Assembly: GCF_964355755.1 (NCBI RefSeq)
Contig: NC_092674.1
Coordinates: forward strand, 20,522,001 to 20,586,000
From: Antedon mediterranea
Lineage: Eukaryota > Animalia > Echinodermata
Direction: 5' to 3'
Length of the DNA: 64,000 bases
Shown here: piece by piece, positions 63,599 to 64,000 of the stretch
Numbering within the stretch: position 1 is the first letter of the stretch
Layout of the letters: the number at the start of each line of letters is the position of its first letter
Translations under genes and position numbers: made by a program
Notes under the pieces: generated by a model
What the model was told of the DNA's origin: nothing
Seen by the model: the letters and a program-made list of their open reading frames with translations, nothing else
The model's database searches: none

Positions 63599-64000
63599 AA
63601 CTAGAGGGTGAGCTCGCTTCGCTCGCTCTCCCTCTAGGAAGTGTAGACGATGGTTCTCGGAATGATAATGTTCTCCTTATACATTTTCTGTCGGTTACCA
63701 TTATTGAAAATGCTTGACATTCGTAAAACTAAACTACTTTGTTTCACAGTGTTTTAGATGGTTAATAACATTTTAAAGTATAGTTTTTATTGTTTAGTAG
63801 GGCCCTTTGGGGAGGTGGAGGTCATTTGAGGGAGGTGCTTATTCGAGGGATATATGTTAAATTTTTTAGTTCTAATAATATGGTAACATTTATAATCAAA
63901 TGAAATCCTCTCATAGATATGAAAAGTGGTAAAAAAGAATAACAAATGCTTGGTAAATTGCAGATAACAGTGCGGTGAATTCTACTACAAATAGTATAAT
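63599..64000. mobile_element. Terminus of a Helitron/Helentron-like element related to 23986 (extent unknown)
   Basis: AACTAG hairpin with the same TCGCTTCGCTC loop, followed by GATGGTTCTCG. Confidence 0.45.

Overview
AT-rich, intron-containing animal DNA; it is not prokaryotic. The repeat complement and heavy TAGGCCTA enrichment suggest a marine invertebrate, possibly an echinoderm (inference only). Hand-splicing gives a cluster of single-domain LAMP-like (lysosome-associated membrane glycoprotein) type I membrane genes. These are the 3' end of one copy (496-1230 +), one complete copy with a Pro/Thr/Gly stalk (38130-30375 -), one copy whose lesions all lie in exon 4 (50858-46565 -), a 5'-only duplicate (22862-23790 +) and an orphan TM exon (27371-27245 -). 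None ends in the canonical GYxxΦ lysosomal tail. Also present are a 552-aa disordered acidic protein with an ORP1L-like FFAT motif (11049-13444 +) plus its pseudogenised inverted twin, and a non-canonical C-type lectin. About 11-24 kb and about 50-63.6 kb are the arms of a decayed inverted segmental duplication. The rest is nested transposons: Academ (including foldback derivatives), composite Mutator-like elements with 9-bp TSDs, Kolobok, Helentron-like elements, an intron-bearing Gypsy-type integrase (Ginger-like), LTR/gag fragments, and L2 and Rex LINEs. All calls are by eye; no database searches were run.
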